Positions 40,900-55,800 of a DNA stretch of 64,000 nucleotides are shown here, one piece after another. Below the pieces are notes generated by a model. It was not told where the DNA came from. It saw only the letters and a list, made by a program, of their open reading frames with translations, and ran no database searches. The position numbers and the translations under genes are program-made. The stretch covers positions 130,882,001-130,946,000 of the forward strand of contig OZ024741.1 in the NCBI GenBank assembly GCA_964016885.1, written 5' to 3'. How positions within the stretch are numbered: the first letter of the stretch is position 1; each line of letters opens with the position of its first letter. This DNA comes from Eledone cirrhosa. Its lineage: Eukaryota.

Positions 40900-43800
40900 A
40901 TTTGTCTATGTAACTACGGTTGGAAGCAGTGAACATATAACTTTACACATCATATTTGTCTGTGTAACTCGGGTTGGAAGCGGTGAACATATAACTTGAC
41001 ACATCATATTTGTCTGTGGAACTAGGGTTCGAAGCGGTGAACATATAACTTTACACATCATATTTGTCTGTGTAACTAGGGTTGGAAGCAGTGAACATAT
41101 AACTTTACACATCATATTTGTCTGTGTAACTAGGGTTGGAAGCGGTGAACATATAACTTTACACGTCATATTTGTCTGTGTAACTAGGGTTGGAAGCAGT
41201 GAACATATAACTTTACACATCATATTTGTCTGTGTAACTAGGGTTGGAAGCGGTGAACATATAACTTTACCCATCATATTTGTCTGTGTAACTAGGGTTG
41301 GAAGCGGTGAACATATAACTTTACACATCATATTTGTCTTTGTAACTAGGGTTGGAAGCAGTGAACATATAACTTTACACATCATATTTGTCTGTGTAAC
41401 TAGGGTTGGAAGCAGTGAATATATAACTTTACACATCATATTTGTCTGCGTAACTCGGGTTGGAAGCGGTGAACATATAACTTTACACATCATATTTGTC
41501 TGTGTAACAAGGGTTGGAAGCAGTGAACATATAACTTTACACATCATATTTGTCTGTGTAACTAGGGTTGGAAGCAGTGAACATATAAATTTACACATCA
41601 TATTTGTCTGTGTAACTAGGGTTGGAAGCAGTGAACATATAACTTTACACATCATATTTGTCTGCGTAACTCGGGTTGGAAGCGGTGAACATATAACTTT
41701 ACACATCATATTTGTCTGTGTAACAAGGGTTGGAAGCAGTGAACATATAACTTTACACATCATATTTGTCTGTGTAACTAGGGTTGGAAGCAGTGAACAT
41801 ATAAATTTACACATCATATTTGTCTATGTAACTAGGGTTGGAAGCAGTGAACATATAACTTTACACATCATATTTGTCTGTCTAACTAGGTTTGGAAGCG
41901 GTGAACATATAACTTTACACATCATATTTGACTGTGTAACTAGGGTTCGAAGCAGTGAACATATAACTTTACACATCATATTTGTCTGTGGAACTAGGGT
42001 TGGAAGCAGTGAACATAGAACCTTACACATCATATTTGTCTGTGTAACTAGGGTTGGAAGCAGTGAACATATAACTTTACACATCATATTTGTCTGTGTA
42101 ACTAGGGTTGGAAGCAGTGAACATACAACTTTACACATCATATTTGTCTGTGTAACTCGGGTTGGAAGCGGTGAACATATAACTTGACACATCATATTTG
42201 TCTGTGGAACTAGGGTTCGAAGCGGTGAACATATAACTTTACACATCATATTTGTCTGTGTAACTAGTGTTGGAAGCAGTGAACATATAACTTTACACAT
42301 CATATTTGTCTGTGTAACTAGGGTTGGAAGCGGTGAACATATAACTTTACACATCATATTTGTCTGTGTAACTAGGGTTGGAAGCAGTGAACATATAACT
42401 TTACACATCATATTTGTCTGTGTAACTAGGGTTGGAAGCGGTGAACATATAACTTTACACATCATATTTGTCTGTGTAACTAGGGTTGGAAGCAGTGAAC
42501 ATATAACTTTACACATCATATTTGACTGTGTAACTAGGGTTGGAAGCGGTGAACATATAACTTTACACATCATATTTGTCTGTGTAACTAGGGTTGGAAG
42601 CAGTGAACATATAACATTACAAATCATATTTGTCTGTGTAACTAGGGTTGGAAGCAGTGAACATATAATTTAACACATCATATTTGTCTGTGTAACTAGG
42701 GTTGGAAGCAGTGAACATATAACTTTACACATCATATTTGTCTGTGTAACTAGGGTTGGAAGCGGTGAACATATAACTTTACACATCATATTTGTCTGTG
42801 TAACTAGGGTTGGAAGCGGTGAACATATAACTTTACACATCATATTTGTCTGTGTAACTAGGGTTGGAAGCAGTGAACATATAACTTTACACAACATATT
42901 TGTCTGTGTAACTAGGGTTGGAAGCGGTGAACATATAACTTTACACATCATATTTGTCTGTGTAACTAGGGTTGGAAGCAGTGAACATACAACTTTACAC
43001 ATCATATTTGACTGTGTAACTAGGGTTGGAAGCAGTGAACATATAACTTTACACATCATATTTGTCTGTGTAACTAGGGTTGGAAGCAGTGAACATATAA
43101 CTTTACACATCATATTTGTCTATGTAACTAGGGTTGGAAGCAGTGAACATATAACTTTACACATCATATTTGTCTGTGTAACTCGGGTTGGAAGCGGTGA
43201 ACATATAACTTGACACATCATATTTGTCTGTGGAACTAGGATTCGAAGCGGTGAACATATAACTTTACACATCATATTTGTCTGTGTAACTAGGGTTGGA
43301 AGCAGTGAACATATAACTTTACACATCATATTTGTCTGTGTAACTAGGGTTGGAAGCGGTGAACATATAACTTTACACGTCATATTTGTCTGTGTAACTA
43401 GGGTTGGAAGCAGTGAACATATAACTTTACACATCATATTTGTCTGTGTAACTAGGGTTGGAAGCGGTGAACATATAACTTTACCCATCATATTTGTCTG
43501 TGTAACTAGGGTTGGAAGCGGTGAACATATAACTTTACACATCATATTTGTCTTTGTAACTAGGGTTGGAAGCAGTGAACATATAACTTTACTCATCATA
43601 TTTGTCTGTGTAACTAGGGTTGGAAGCAGTGAACATATAACTTTACACATCATATTTGTCTGCGTAACTCGGGTTGGAAGCGGTGAACATATAACTTTAC
43701 ACATCATATTTGTCTGTGTAACTAGGGTTGGAAGCAGTGAACATATAACTTTACACATCATATTTGTCTGTGTAACTAGGGTTGGAAGCAGTGAACATAT

Positions 43801-46800
43801 AAATTTACACATCATATTTGTCTGTGTAACTAGGGTTGGAAGCAGTGAACATATAACTTTACACATCATATTTGTCTGCGTAACTCGGGTTGGAAGCGGT
43901 GAACATATAACTTTACACATCATATTTGTCTGTGTAACTAGGGTTAGAAGCGGTGAACATATAACTTTACACATCATATTTGTCTGCGTAACTCGGGTTG
44001 GAAGCAGTGAACATATAACTTTACACATCATATTTGACTGTGTAACTAGGGTTGGAAGCAGTGAACATATAACTTTACACATCATATTTGTCTGTGTAAC
44101 TAGGGTTGGAAGCAGTGAACATATAACTTTACACATCATATTTGTCTGTGTAACTAGGGTTGGAAGCAGTGAACATATAACTTTACACATCATATTTGAC
44201 TGTGTAACTAGGGTTGGAAGCAGTGAACATATAACTTTACACATCATATTTGTCTGCGTAACTCGGGTTGGAAGCGGTGAACATACAACTTTACACATCA
44301 TATTTGTCTGTGTAACTAGGGTTGGAAGCAGTGAACATATAACTTTACACATCATATTTGTCTGTGGAACTAGGGTTGGAAGCGGTGAACATATAACTTT
44401 ACACATCATATTTGTCTGTCTAACTAGGGTTGGAAGCAGTGAACATATAACTTTACACATCATATTTGTCTGTGTAACTAGGGTTGGAAGCAGTGAACAT
44501 ATAACTTTACACATCATATTTGTCTGCGTAACTCGGGTTGGAAGCGGTGAACATATAACTTTACACATCATATTTGTCTGTGTAACTAGGGTTGGAAGCA
44601 GTGAACATATAACTTTACACATCATATTTGTCTGTGTAACTAGGGTTGGAAGCAGTGAACATATAACTTTACACATCATATTTGTCTGTGTAACTAGGGT
44701 TGGAAGCAGTGAACATATAACTTTACACATCATATTTGACTGTGTAACTAGGGTTGGAAGCAGTGAACATATAACTTTACACATCATATTTGACTGTGTA
44801 ACTAGGGTTGGAAGCAGTGAACATATAACTTTACACATCATATTTGTCTGCGTAACTCGGGTTGGAAGCGGTGAACATACAACTTTACACATCATATTTG
44901 TCTGTGTAACTAGGGTTGGAAGCAGTGAACATATAACTTTACACATCATATTTGTCTGTGGAACTAGGGTTGGAAGCGGTGAACATATAACTTTACACAT
45001 CATATTTGTCTGTCTAACTAGGGTTGGAAGCAGTGAACATATAACTTTACACATCATATTTGTCTGTGTAACTAGGGTTGGAAGCAGTGAACATATAACT
45101 TTACACATCATATTTGTCTGTATAACTAGGTTTGGAAGCGGTGAACATATAACTTGGCACATCATATTTGTCTGTGTAACTAGGGTTGGAAGCAGTGAAC
45201 ATATAACTTTACACATCATATTTGTCTGTGTAACTAGTGTTGGAAGCAGTGAACATATAACTTTACACATCATATTTGTCTGTGGAACTAGGGTTGGAAG
45301 CAGTGAACATAGAACTTTACACATCATATTTGTCTGTGTAACTAGGGTTGGAAGCAGTGAACATATAACTTTACACATCATATTTGTCTGTGTAACTCGG
45401 GTTGGAAGCGGTGAACATATAACTTGACACATCATATTTGTCTGTGGAACTAGGGTTCGAAGCGGTGAACATATAACTTTACACATCATATTTGTCTGTG
45501 TAACTAGTGTTGGAAGCAGTGAACATATAACTTTACACATCATATTTGTCTGTGTAACTAGGGTTGGAAGCGGTGAACATATAACTTTACACATCATATT
45601 TGTCTGTGTAACTAGGGTTGGAAGCAGTGAACATATAACTTTACACATCATATTTGTCTGCGTAACTCGGGTTGGAAGCGGTGAACATATAACTTTACAC
45701 ATCATATTTGTCTGTGTAACTAGGGTTGGAAGCAGTGAACATATAACTTTACACATCATATTTGTCTGTGTAACTAGGGTTGGAAGCAGTGAACATATAA
45801 CTTTACACATCATATTTGTCTGCGTAACTCGGGTTGGAAGCGGTGAACATATAACTTGACACATCATATTTGTCTGTGGAACTAGGGTTCGAAGCGGTGA
45901 ACATATAACTTTACACATCATATTTGTCTGTGTAACTAGTGTTGGAAGCAGTGAACATATAACTTCACACATCATATTTGTCTGTGTAACTAGGGTTGGA
46001 AGCGGTGAACATATAACTTTACACATCATATTTGTCTGTGTAACTAGGGTTGGAAGCAGTGAACATATAACTTTACACATCATATTTGTCTGTGTAACTA
46101 GGGTTGGAAGCGGTGAACATATAACTTTACACATCATATTTGTCTGTGTAACTAGGGTTGGAAGCAGTGAACATATAACTTTACACATCATATTTGTCTG
46201 TGTAACTAGGGTTGGAAGCGGTGAACATATAACTTTACACATCATATTTGTCTGTGTAACTAGGGTTGGAAGCAGTGAACATATAACTTTACACATCATA
46301 TTTGACTGTGTAACTAGGGTTGGAAGCGGTGAACATATAACTTTACACATCATATTTGTCTGTGTAACTAGGGTTGGAAGCAGTGAACATATAACATTAC
46401 AAATCATATTTGTCTGTGTAACTAGGGTTGGAAGCAGTGAACATATAATTTAACACATCATATTTGTCTGTGTAACTAGGGTTGGAAGCAGTGAACATAT
46501 AACTTTACACATCATATTTGTCTGTGTAACTAGGGTTGGAAGCGGTGAACATATAACTTTACACATCATATTTGTCTGTGTAACTAGGGTTGGAAGCGGT
46601 GAACATATAACTTTGCACATCATATTTGTCTGTGTAACTCGGGTTGGAAGCGGTGAACATATAACTTGACACATCATATTTGTCTGTGGAACTAGGGTTC
46701 GAAGCGGTGAACATATAACTTTACACATCATATTTGTCTGTGTAACTAGGGTTGGAAGCAGTGAACATATAACTTTACACATCATATTTGTCTGTGTAAC

Positions 46801-49800
46801 TAGGGTTGGTAGCGGTGAACATATAACTTTACACATCATATTCGTCTGTGTAACTACGGTTGGAAGCAGTGAACATACAACTTTACACATCATATTTGAC
46901 TGTGTAACTAGGGTTGGAAGCAGTGAACATATAACTTTACACATCATATTTGTCTGTGGAACTAGGGTAGGAAGCAGTGAACATATAACTTTACACATCA
47001 TATTTGTCTATGTAACTACGGTTGGAAGCAGTGAACATATAACTTTACACATCATATTTGTCTGTGTAACTCGGGTTGGAAGCGGTGAACATATAACTTG
47101 ACACATCATATTTGTCTGTGGAACTAGGGTTCGAAGCGGTGAACATATAACTTTACACATCATATTTGTCTGTGTAACTAGGGTTGGAAGCAGTGAACAT
47201 ATAACTTTACACATCATATTTGTCTGTCTAACTAGGTTTGGAAGCGGTGAACATATAACTTTACACATCATATTTGACTGTGTAACTAGGGTTGGAAGCA
47301 GTGAACATATAACTTTACACATCATATTTGTCTGTGGAACTAGGGTTGGAAGCAGTGAACATAGAACCTTACACATCATATTTGTCTGTGTAACTAGGGT
47401 TGGAAGCAGTGAACATATAACTTTACACATCATATTTGTCTGTGTAACTCGGGTTGGAAGCGGTGAACATATAACTTGACACATCATATTTGTCTGTGGA
47501 ACTAGGGTTCGAAGCGGTGAACATATAACTTTACACATCATATTTGTCTGTGTAACTAGTGTTGGAAGCAGTGAACATATAACTTTACACATCATATTTG
47601 TCTGTGTAACTAGGGTTGGAAGCGGTGAACATATAACTTTACACATCATATTTGTCTGTGTAACTAGGGTTGGAAGCAGTGAACATATAACTTTACACAT
47701 CATATTTGTCTGTGTAACTAGGGTTGGAAGCGGTGAACATATAACTTTACACATCATATTTGTCTGTGTAACTAGGGTTGGAAGCAGTGAACATATAACT
47801 TTACACATCATATTTGACTGTGTAACTAGGGTTGGAAGCGGTGAACATATAACTTTACACATCATATTTGTCTGTGTAACTAGGGTTGGAAGCAGTGAAC
47901 ATATAACATTACAAATCATATTTGTCTGTGTAACTAGGGTTGGAAGCAGTGAACATATAATTTAACACATCATATTTGTCTGTGTAACTAGGGTTGGAAG
48001 CAGTGAACATATAACTTTACACATCATATTTGTCTGTGTAACTAGGGTTGGAAGCGGTGAACATATAACTTTACACATCATATTTGTCTGTGTAACTAGG
48101 GTTGGAAGCGGTGAACATATAACTTTACACATCATATTTGTCTGTGTAACTAGGGTTGGAAGCAGTGAACATATAACTTTACACAACATATTTGTCTGTG
48201 TAACTAGGGTTGGAAGCGGTGAACATATAACTTTACACATCATATTTGTCTGTGTAACTAGGGTTGGAAGCAGTGAACATACAACTTTACACATCATATT
48301 TGACTGTGTAACTAGGGTTGGAAGCAGTGAACATATAACTTTACACATCATATTTGTCTGTGTAACTAGGGTTGGAAGCAGTGAACATATAACTTTACAC
48401 ATCATATTTGTCTATGTAACTAGGGTTGGAAGCAGTGAACATATAACTTTACACATCATATTTGTCTGTGTAACTCGGGTTGGAAGCGGTGAACATATAA
48501 CTTGACACATCATATTTGTCTGTGGAACTAGGGTTCGAAGCGGTGAACATATAACTTTACACATCATATTTGTCTGCGTAACTCGGGTTGGAAGCAGTGA
48601 ACATACAACTTTACACATCATATTTGACTGTGTAACTAGGGTTGGAAGCAGTGAACATATAACTTTACACATCATATTTGTCTGTGTAACTAGGGTTGGA
48701 AGCAGTGAACATATAACTTTACACATCATATTTGTCTATGTAACTAGGGTTGGAAGCAGTGAACATATAACTTTACACATCATATTTGTCTGTGTAACTA
48801 GGGTTGGTAGCGGTGAACATATAACTTTACACATCATATTCGTCTGTGTAACTAGGGTTGGAAGCGGTGAACATATAACTTTACACATCATATTTGTCTG
48901 TGTAACTAGGGTTGGAAGCAGTGAACATACAACTTTACACATCATATTTGACTGTGTAACTAGGGTTGGAAGCAGTGAACATATAACTTTACACATCATA
49001 TTTGTCTGTGGAACTAGGGTAGGAAGCAGTGAACATATAACTTTACACATCATATTTGTCTATGTAACTACGGTTGGAAGCAGTGAACATATAACTTTAC
49101 ACATCATATTTGTCTGTGTAACTCGGGTTGGAAGCGGTGAACATATAACTTGACACATCATATTTGTCTGTGGAACTAGGGTTCGAAGCGGTGAACATAT
49201 AACTTTACACATCATATTTGTCTGTGTAACTAGGGTTGGAAGCAGTGAACATATAACTTTACACATCATATTTGTCTGTGTAACTAGGGTTGGAAGCGGT
49301 GAACATATAACTTTACACGTCATATTTGTCTGTGTAACTAGGGTTGGAAGCAGTGAACATATAACTTTACACATCATATTTGTCTGTGTAACTAGGGTTG
49401 GAAGCGGTGAACATATAACTTTACCCATCATATTTGTCTGTGTAACTAGGGTTGGAAGCGGTGAACATATAACTTTACACATCATATTTGTCTTTGTAAC
49501 TAGGGTTGGAAGCAGTGAACATATAACTTTACACATCATATTTGTCTGTGCAACTAGGGTTGGAAGCAGTGAATATATAACTTTACACATCATATTTGTC
49601 TGCGTAACTCGGGTTGGAAGCGGTGAACATATAACTTTACACATCATATTTGTCTGTGTAACAAGGGTTGGAAGCAGTGAACATATAACTTTACACATCA
49701 TATTTGTCTGTGTAACTAGGGTTGGAAGCAGTGAACATATAAATTTACACATCATATTTGTCTGTGTAACTAGGGTTGGAAGCAGTGAACATATAACTTT

Positions 49801-52800
49801 ACACATCATATTTGTCTGCGTAACTCGGGTTGGAAGCGGTGAACATATAACTTTACACATCATATTTGTCTGTGTAACAAGGGTTGGAAGCAGTGAACAT
49901 ATAACTTTACACATCATATTTGTCTGTGTAACTAGGGTTGGAAGCAGTGAACATATAAATTTACACATCATATTTGTCTGTGTAACTAGGGTTGGAAGCA
50001 GTGAACATATAACTTTACACATCATATTTGTCTGTCTAACTAGGTTTGGAAGCGGTGAACATATAACTTTACACATCATATTTGTCTGTGTAACTAGGGT
50101 TGGAAGCAGTGAACATATAACTTTACACATCATATTTGTCTGTGTAACTCGGGTTGGAAGCGGTGAACATATAACTTGACACATCATATTTGTCTGTGGA
50201 ACTAGGGTTCGAAGCGGTGAACATATAACTTTACACATCATATTTGTCTGTGTAACTAGTGTTGGAAGCAGTGAACATATAACTTTACACATCATATTTG
50301 TCTGTGTAACTAGGGTTGGAAGCGGTGAACATATAACTTTACACATCATATTTGTCTGTGTAACTAGGGTTGGAAGCAGTTAACATATAACTTTACACAT
50401 CATATTTGTCTGTGTAACTAGGGTTGGAAGCGGTGAACATATAACTTTACACATCATATTTGTCTGTGTAACTAGGGTTGGAAGCAGTGAACATATAACT
50501 TTACACATCATATTTGACTGTGTAACTAGGGTTGGAAGCGGTGAACATATAACTTTACACATCATATTTGTCTGTGTAACTAGGGTTGGAAGCAGTGAAC
50601 ATATAACATTACAAATCATATTTGTCTGTGTAACTAGGGTTGGAAGCAGTGAACATATAATTTAACACATCATATTTGTCTGTGTAACTAGGGTTGGAAG
50701 CAGTGAACATATAACTTTACACATCATATTTGTCTGTGTAACTAGGGTTGGAAGCGGTGAACATATAACTTTACACATCATATTTGTCTGTGTAACTAGG
50801 GTTGGAAGCGGTGAACATATAACTTTACACATCATATTTGTCTGTGTAACTAGGGTTGGAAGCAGTGAACATATAACTTTACACAACATATTTGTCTGTG
50901 TAACTAGGGTTGGAAGCGGTGAACATAAAACTTTACACATCATATTTGTCTGTGTAACTAGGGTTGGAAGCAGTGAACATACAACTTTACACATCATATT
51001 TGACTGTGTAACTAGGGTTGGAAGCAGTGAACATATAACTTTACACATCATATTTGTCTGTGTAACTAGGGTTGGAAGCAGTGAACATATAACTTTACAC
51101 ATCATATTTGTCTATGTAACTAGGGTTGGAAGCAGTGAACATATAACTTTACACATCATATTTGTCTGTGTAACTCGGGTTGGAAGCGGTGAACATATAA
51201 CTTGACACATCATATTTGTCTGTGTAACTAGGGTTGGAAGCAGTGAACATACAACTTTACACATCATATTTGACTGTGTAACTAGGGTTGGAAGCAGTGA
51301 ACATATAACTTTACACATCATATTTGTCTGTGGAACTAGGGTAGGAAGCAGTGAACATATAACTTTACACATCATATTTGTCTGTGTAACTAGGGTTGGA
51401 AGCAGTGAACATACAACTTTACACATCATATTTGACTGTGTAACTAGGGTTGGAAGCAGTGAACATATAACTTTACACATCATATTTGTCTGTGGAACTA
51501 GGGTAGGAAGCAGTGAACATATAACTTTACACATCATATTTGTCTATGTAACTACGGTTGGAAGCAGTGAACATATAACTTTACACATCATATTTGTCTG
51601 TGTAACTCGGGTTGGAAGCGGTGAACATATAACTTGACACATCATATTTGTCTGTGGAACTAGGGTTCGAAGCGGTGAACATATAACTTTACACATCATA
51701 TTTGTCTGTGTAACTAGGGTTGGAAGCAGTGAACATATAACTTTACACATCATATTTGTCTGTGTAACTAGGGTTGGAAGCGGTGAACATATAACTTTAC
51801 ACGTCATATTTGTCTGTGTAACTAGGGTTGGAAGCAGTGAACATATAACTTTACACATCATATTTGTCTGTGTAACTAGGGTTGGAAGCGGTGAACATAT
51901 AACTTTACCCATCATATTTGTCTGTGTAACTAGGGTTGGAAGCGGTGAACATATAACTTTACACATCATATTTGTCTTTGTAACTAGGGTTGGAAGCAGT
52001 GAACATATAACTTTACACATCATATTTGTCTGTGCAACTAGGGTTGGAAGCAGTGAATATATAACTTTACACATCATATTTGTCTGCGTAACTCGGGTTG
52101 GAAGCGGTGAACATATAACTTTACACATCATATTTGTCTGTGTAACAAGGGTTGGAAGCAGTGAACATATAACTTTACACATCATATTTGTCTGTGTAAC
52201 AAGGGTTGGAAGCAGTGAACATATAAATTTACACATCATATTTGTCTGTGTAACTAGGGTTGGAAGCAGTGAACATATAACTTTACACATCATATTTGTC
52301 TGCGTAACTCGGGTTGGAAGCGGTGAACATATAACTTTACACATCATATTTGTCTGTGTAACAAGGGTTGGAAGCAGTGAACATATAACTTTACACATCA
52401 TATTTGTCTGTGTAACTAGGGTTGGAAGCAGTGAACATATAAATTTACACATCATATTTGTCTGTGTAACTAGGGTTGGAAGCAGTGAACATATAACTTT
52501 ACACATCATATTTGTCTGTCTAACTAGGTTTGGAAGCGGTGAACATATAACTTTACACATCATATTTGACTGTGTAACTAGGGTTGGAAGCAGTGAACAT
52601 ATAACTTTACACATCATATTTGTCTGTGGAACTAGGGTTGGAAGCAGTGAACATAGAACCTTACACATCATATTTGTCTGTGTAACTAGGGTTGGAAGCA
52701 GTGAACATATAACTTTACACATCATATTTGTCTGTGTAACTCGGGTTGGAAGCGGTGAACATATAACTTGACACATCATATTTGTCTGTGGAACTAGGGT

Positions 52801-55800
52801 TCGAAGCGGTGAACATATAACTTTACACATCATATTTGTCTGTGTAACTAGTGTTGGAAGCAGTGAACATATAACTTTACACATCATATTTGTCTGTGTA
52901 ACTAGGGTTGGAAGCGGTGAACATATAACTTTACACATCATATTTGTCTGTGTAACTAGGGTTGGAAGCAGTGAACATATAACTTTACACATCATATTTG
53001 TCTGTGTAACTAGGGTTGGAAGCGGTGAACATATAACTTTACACATCATATTTGTCTGTGTAACTAGGGTTGGAAGCAGTGAACATATAACTTTACACAT
53101 CATATTTGACTGTGTAACTAGGGTTGGAAGCGGTGAACATATAACTTTACACATCATATTTGTCTGTGTAACTAGGGTTGGAAGCAGTGAACATATAACA
53201 TTACAAATCATATTTGTCTGTGTAACTAGGGTTGGAAGCAGTGAACATATAATTTAACACATCATATTTGTCTGTGTAACTAGGGTTGGAAGCAGTGAAC
53301 ATATAACTTTACACATCATATTTGTCTGTGTAACTAGGGTTGGAAGCGGTGAACATATAACTTTACACATCATATTTGTCTGTGTAACTAGGGTTGGAAG
53401 CGGTGAACATATAACTTTACACATCATATTTGTCTGTGTAACTAGGGTTGGAAGCAGTGAACATATAACTTTACACAACATATTTGTCTGTGTAACTAGG
53501 GTTGGAAGCGGTGAACATATAACTTTACACATCATATTTGTCTGTGTAACTAGGGTTGGAAGCAGTGAACATACATCTTTACACATCATATTTGACTGTG
53601 TAACTAGGGTTGGAAGCAGTGAACATATAACTTTACACATCATATTTGTCTGTGTAACTAGGGTTGGAAGCAGTGAACATATAACTTTACACATCATATT
53701 TGTCTATGTAACTAGGGTTGGAAGCAGTGAACATATAACTTTACACATCATATTTGTCTGTGTAACTCGGGTTGGAAGCGGTGAACATATAACTTGACAC
53801 ATCATATTTGTCTGTGGAACTAGGGTTCGAAGCGGTGAACATATAACTTTACACATCATATTTGTCTGTGTAACTAGGGTTGGAAGCAGTGAACATATAA
53901 CTTTACACATCATATTTGTCTGTGTAACTAGGGTTGGAAGCGGTGAACATATAACTTTACACGTCATATTTGTCTGTGTAACTAGGGTTGGAAGCAGTGA
54001 ACATATAACTTTACACATCATATTTGTCTGTGTAACTAGGGTTGGAAGCGGTGAACATATAACTTTACCCATCATATTTGTCTGTGTAACTAGGGTTGGA
54101 AGCGGTGAACATATAACTTTACACATCATATTTGTCTTTGTAACTAGGGTTGGAAGCAGTGAACATATAACTTTACTCATCATATTTGTCTGTGTAACTA
54201 GGGTTGGAAGCAGTGAACATATAACTTTACACATCATATTTGTCTGCGTAACTCGGGTTGGAAGCGGTGAACATATAACTTTACACATCATATTTGTCTG
54301 TGTAACTAGGGTTGGAAGCAGTGAACATATAACTTTACACATCATATTTGTCTGTGTAACTAGGGTTGGAAGCAGTGAACATATAAATTTACACATCATA
54401 TTTGTCTGTGTAACTAGGGTTGGAAGCAGTGAACATATAACTTTACACATCATATTTGTCTGCGTAACTCGGATTGGAAGCGGTGAACATATAACTTTAC
54501 ACATCATATTTGTCTGTGTAACTAGGGTTAGAAGCGGTGAACATATAACTTTACACATCATATTTGTCTGCGTAACTCGGGTTGGAAGCAGTGAACATAT
54601 AACTTTACACATCATATTTGACTGTGTAACTAGGGTTGGAAGCAGTGAACATATAACTTTACACATCATATTTGTCTGTGTAACTAGGGTTGGAAGCAGT
54701 GAACATATAACTTTACACATCATATTTGTCTGTGTAACTAGGGTTGGAAGCAGTGAACATATAACTTTACACATCATATTTGACTGTGTAACTAGGGTTG
54801 GAAGCAGTGAACATATAACTTTACACATCATATTTGTCTGCGTAACTCGGGTTGGAAGCGGTGAACATACAACTTTACACATCATATTTGTCTGTGTAAC
54901 TAGGGTTGGAAGCAGTGAACATATAACTTTACACATCATATTTGTCTGTGGAACTAGGGTTGGAAGCGGTGAACATATAACTTTACACATCATATTTGTC
55001 TGTCTAACTAGGGTTGGAAGCAGTGAACATATAACTTTACACATCATATTTGTCTGTGTAACTAGGGTTGGAAGCAGTGAACATATAACTTTACACATCA
55101 TATTTGTCTGCGTAACTCGGGTTGGAAGCGGTGAACATATAACTTTACACATCATATTTGTCTGTGTAACTAGGGTTGGAAGCAGTGAACATATAACTTT
55201 ACACATCATATTTGTCTGTGTAACTAGGGTTGGAAGCAGTGAACATATAAATTTACACATCATATTTGTCTGTGTAACTAGGGTTGGAAGCAGTGAACAT
55301 ATAACTTTACACATCATATTTGTCTGCGTAACTCGGGTTGGAAGCGGTGAACATATAACTTTACACATCATATTTGTCTGTGTAACTAGGGTTGGAAGCG
55401 GTGAACATATAACTTTACACATCATATTTGTCTGTGGAACTAGGGTTGGAAGCAGTGAACATATAACTTTACACATCATATTTGTCTGCGTAACTCGGGT
55501 TGGAAGCAGTGAACATATAACTTTACACATCATATTTGACTGTGTAACTAGGGTTGGAAGCAGTGAACATATAACTTTACACATCATATTTGTCTGTGTA
55601 ACTAGGGTTGGAAGCAGTGAACATATAACTTTACACATCATATTTGTCTGTGTAACTAGGGTTGGAAGCAGTGAACATATAACTTTACACATCATATTTG
55701 ACTGTGTAACTAGGGTTGGAAGCAGTGAACATATAACTTTACACATCATATTTGACTGTGTAACTAGGGTTGGAAGCAGTGAACATATAACTTTACACAT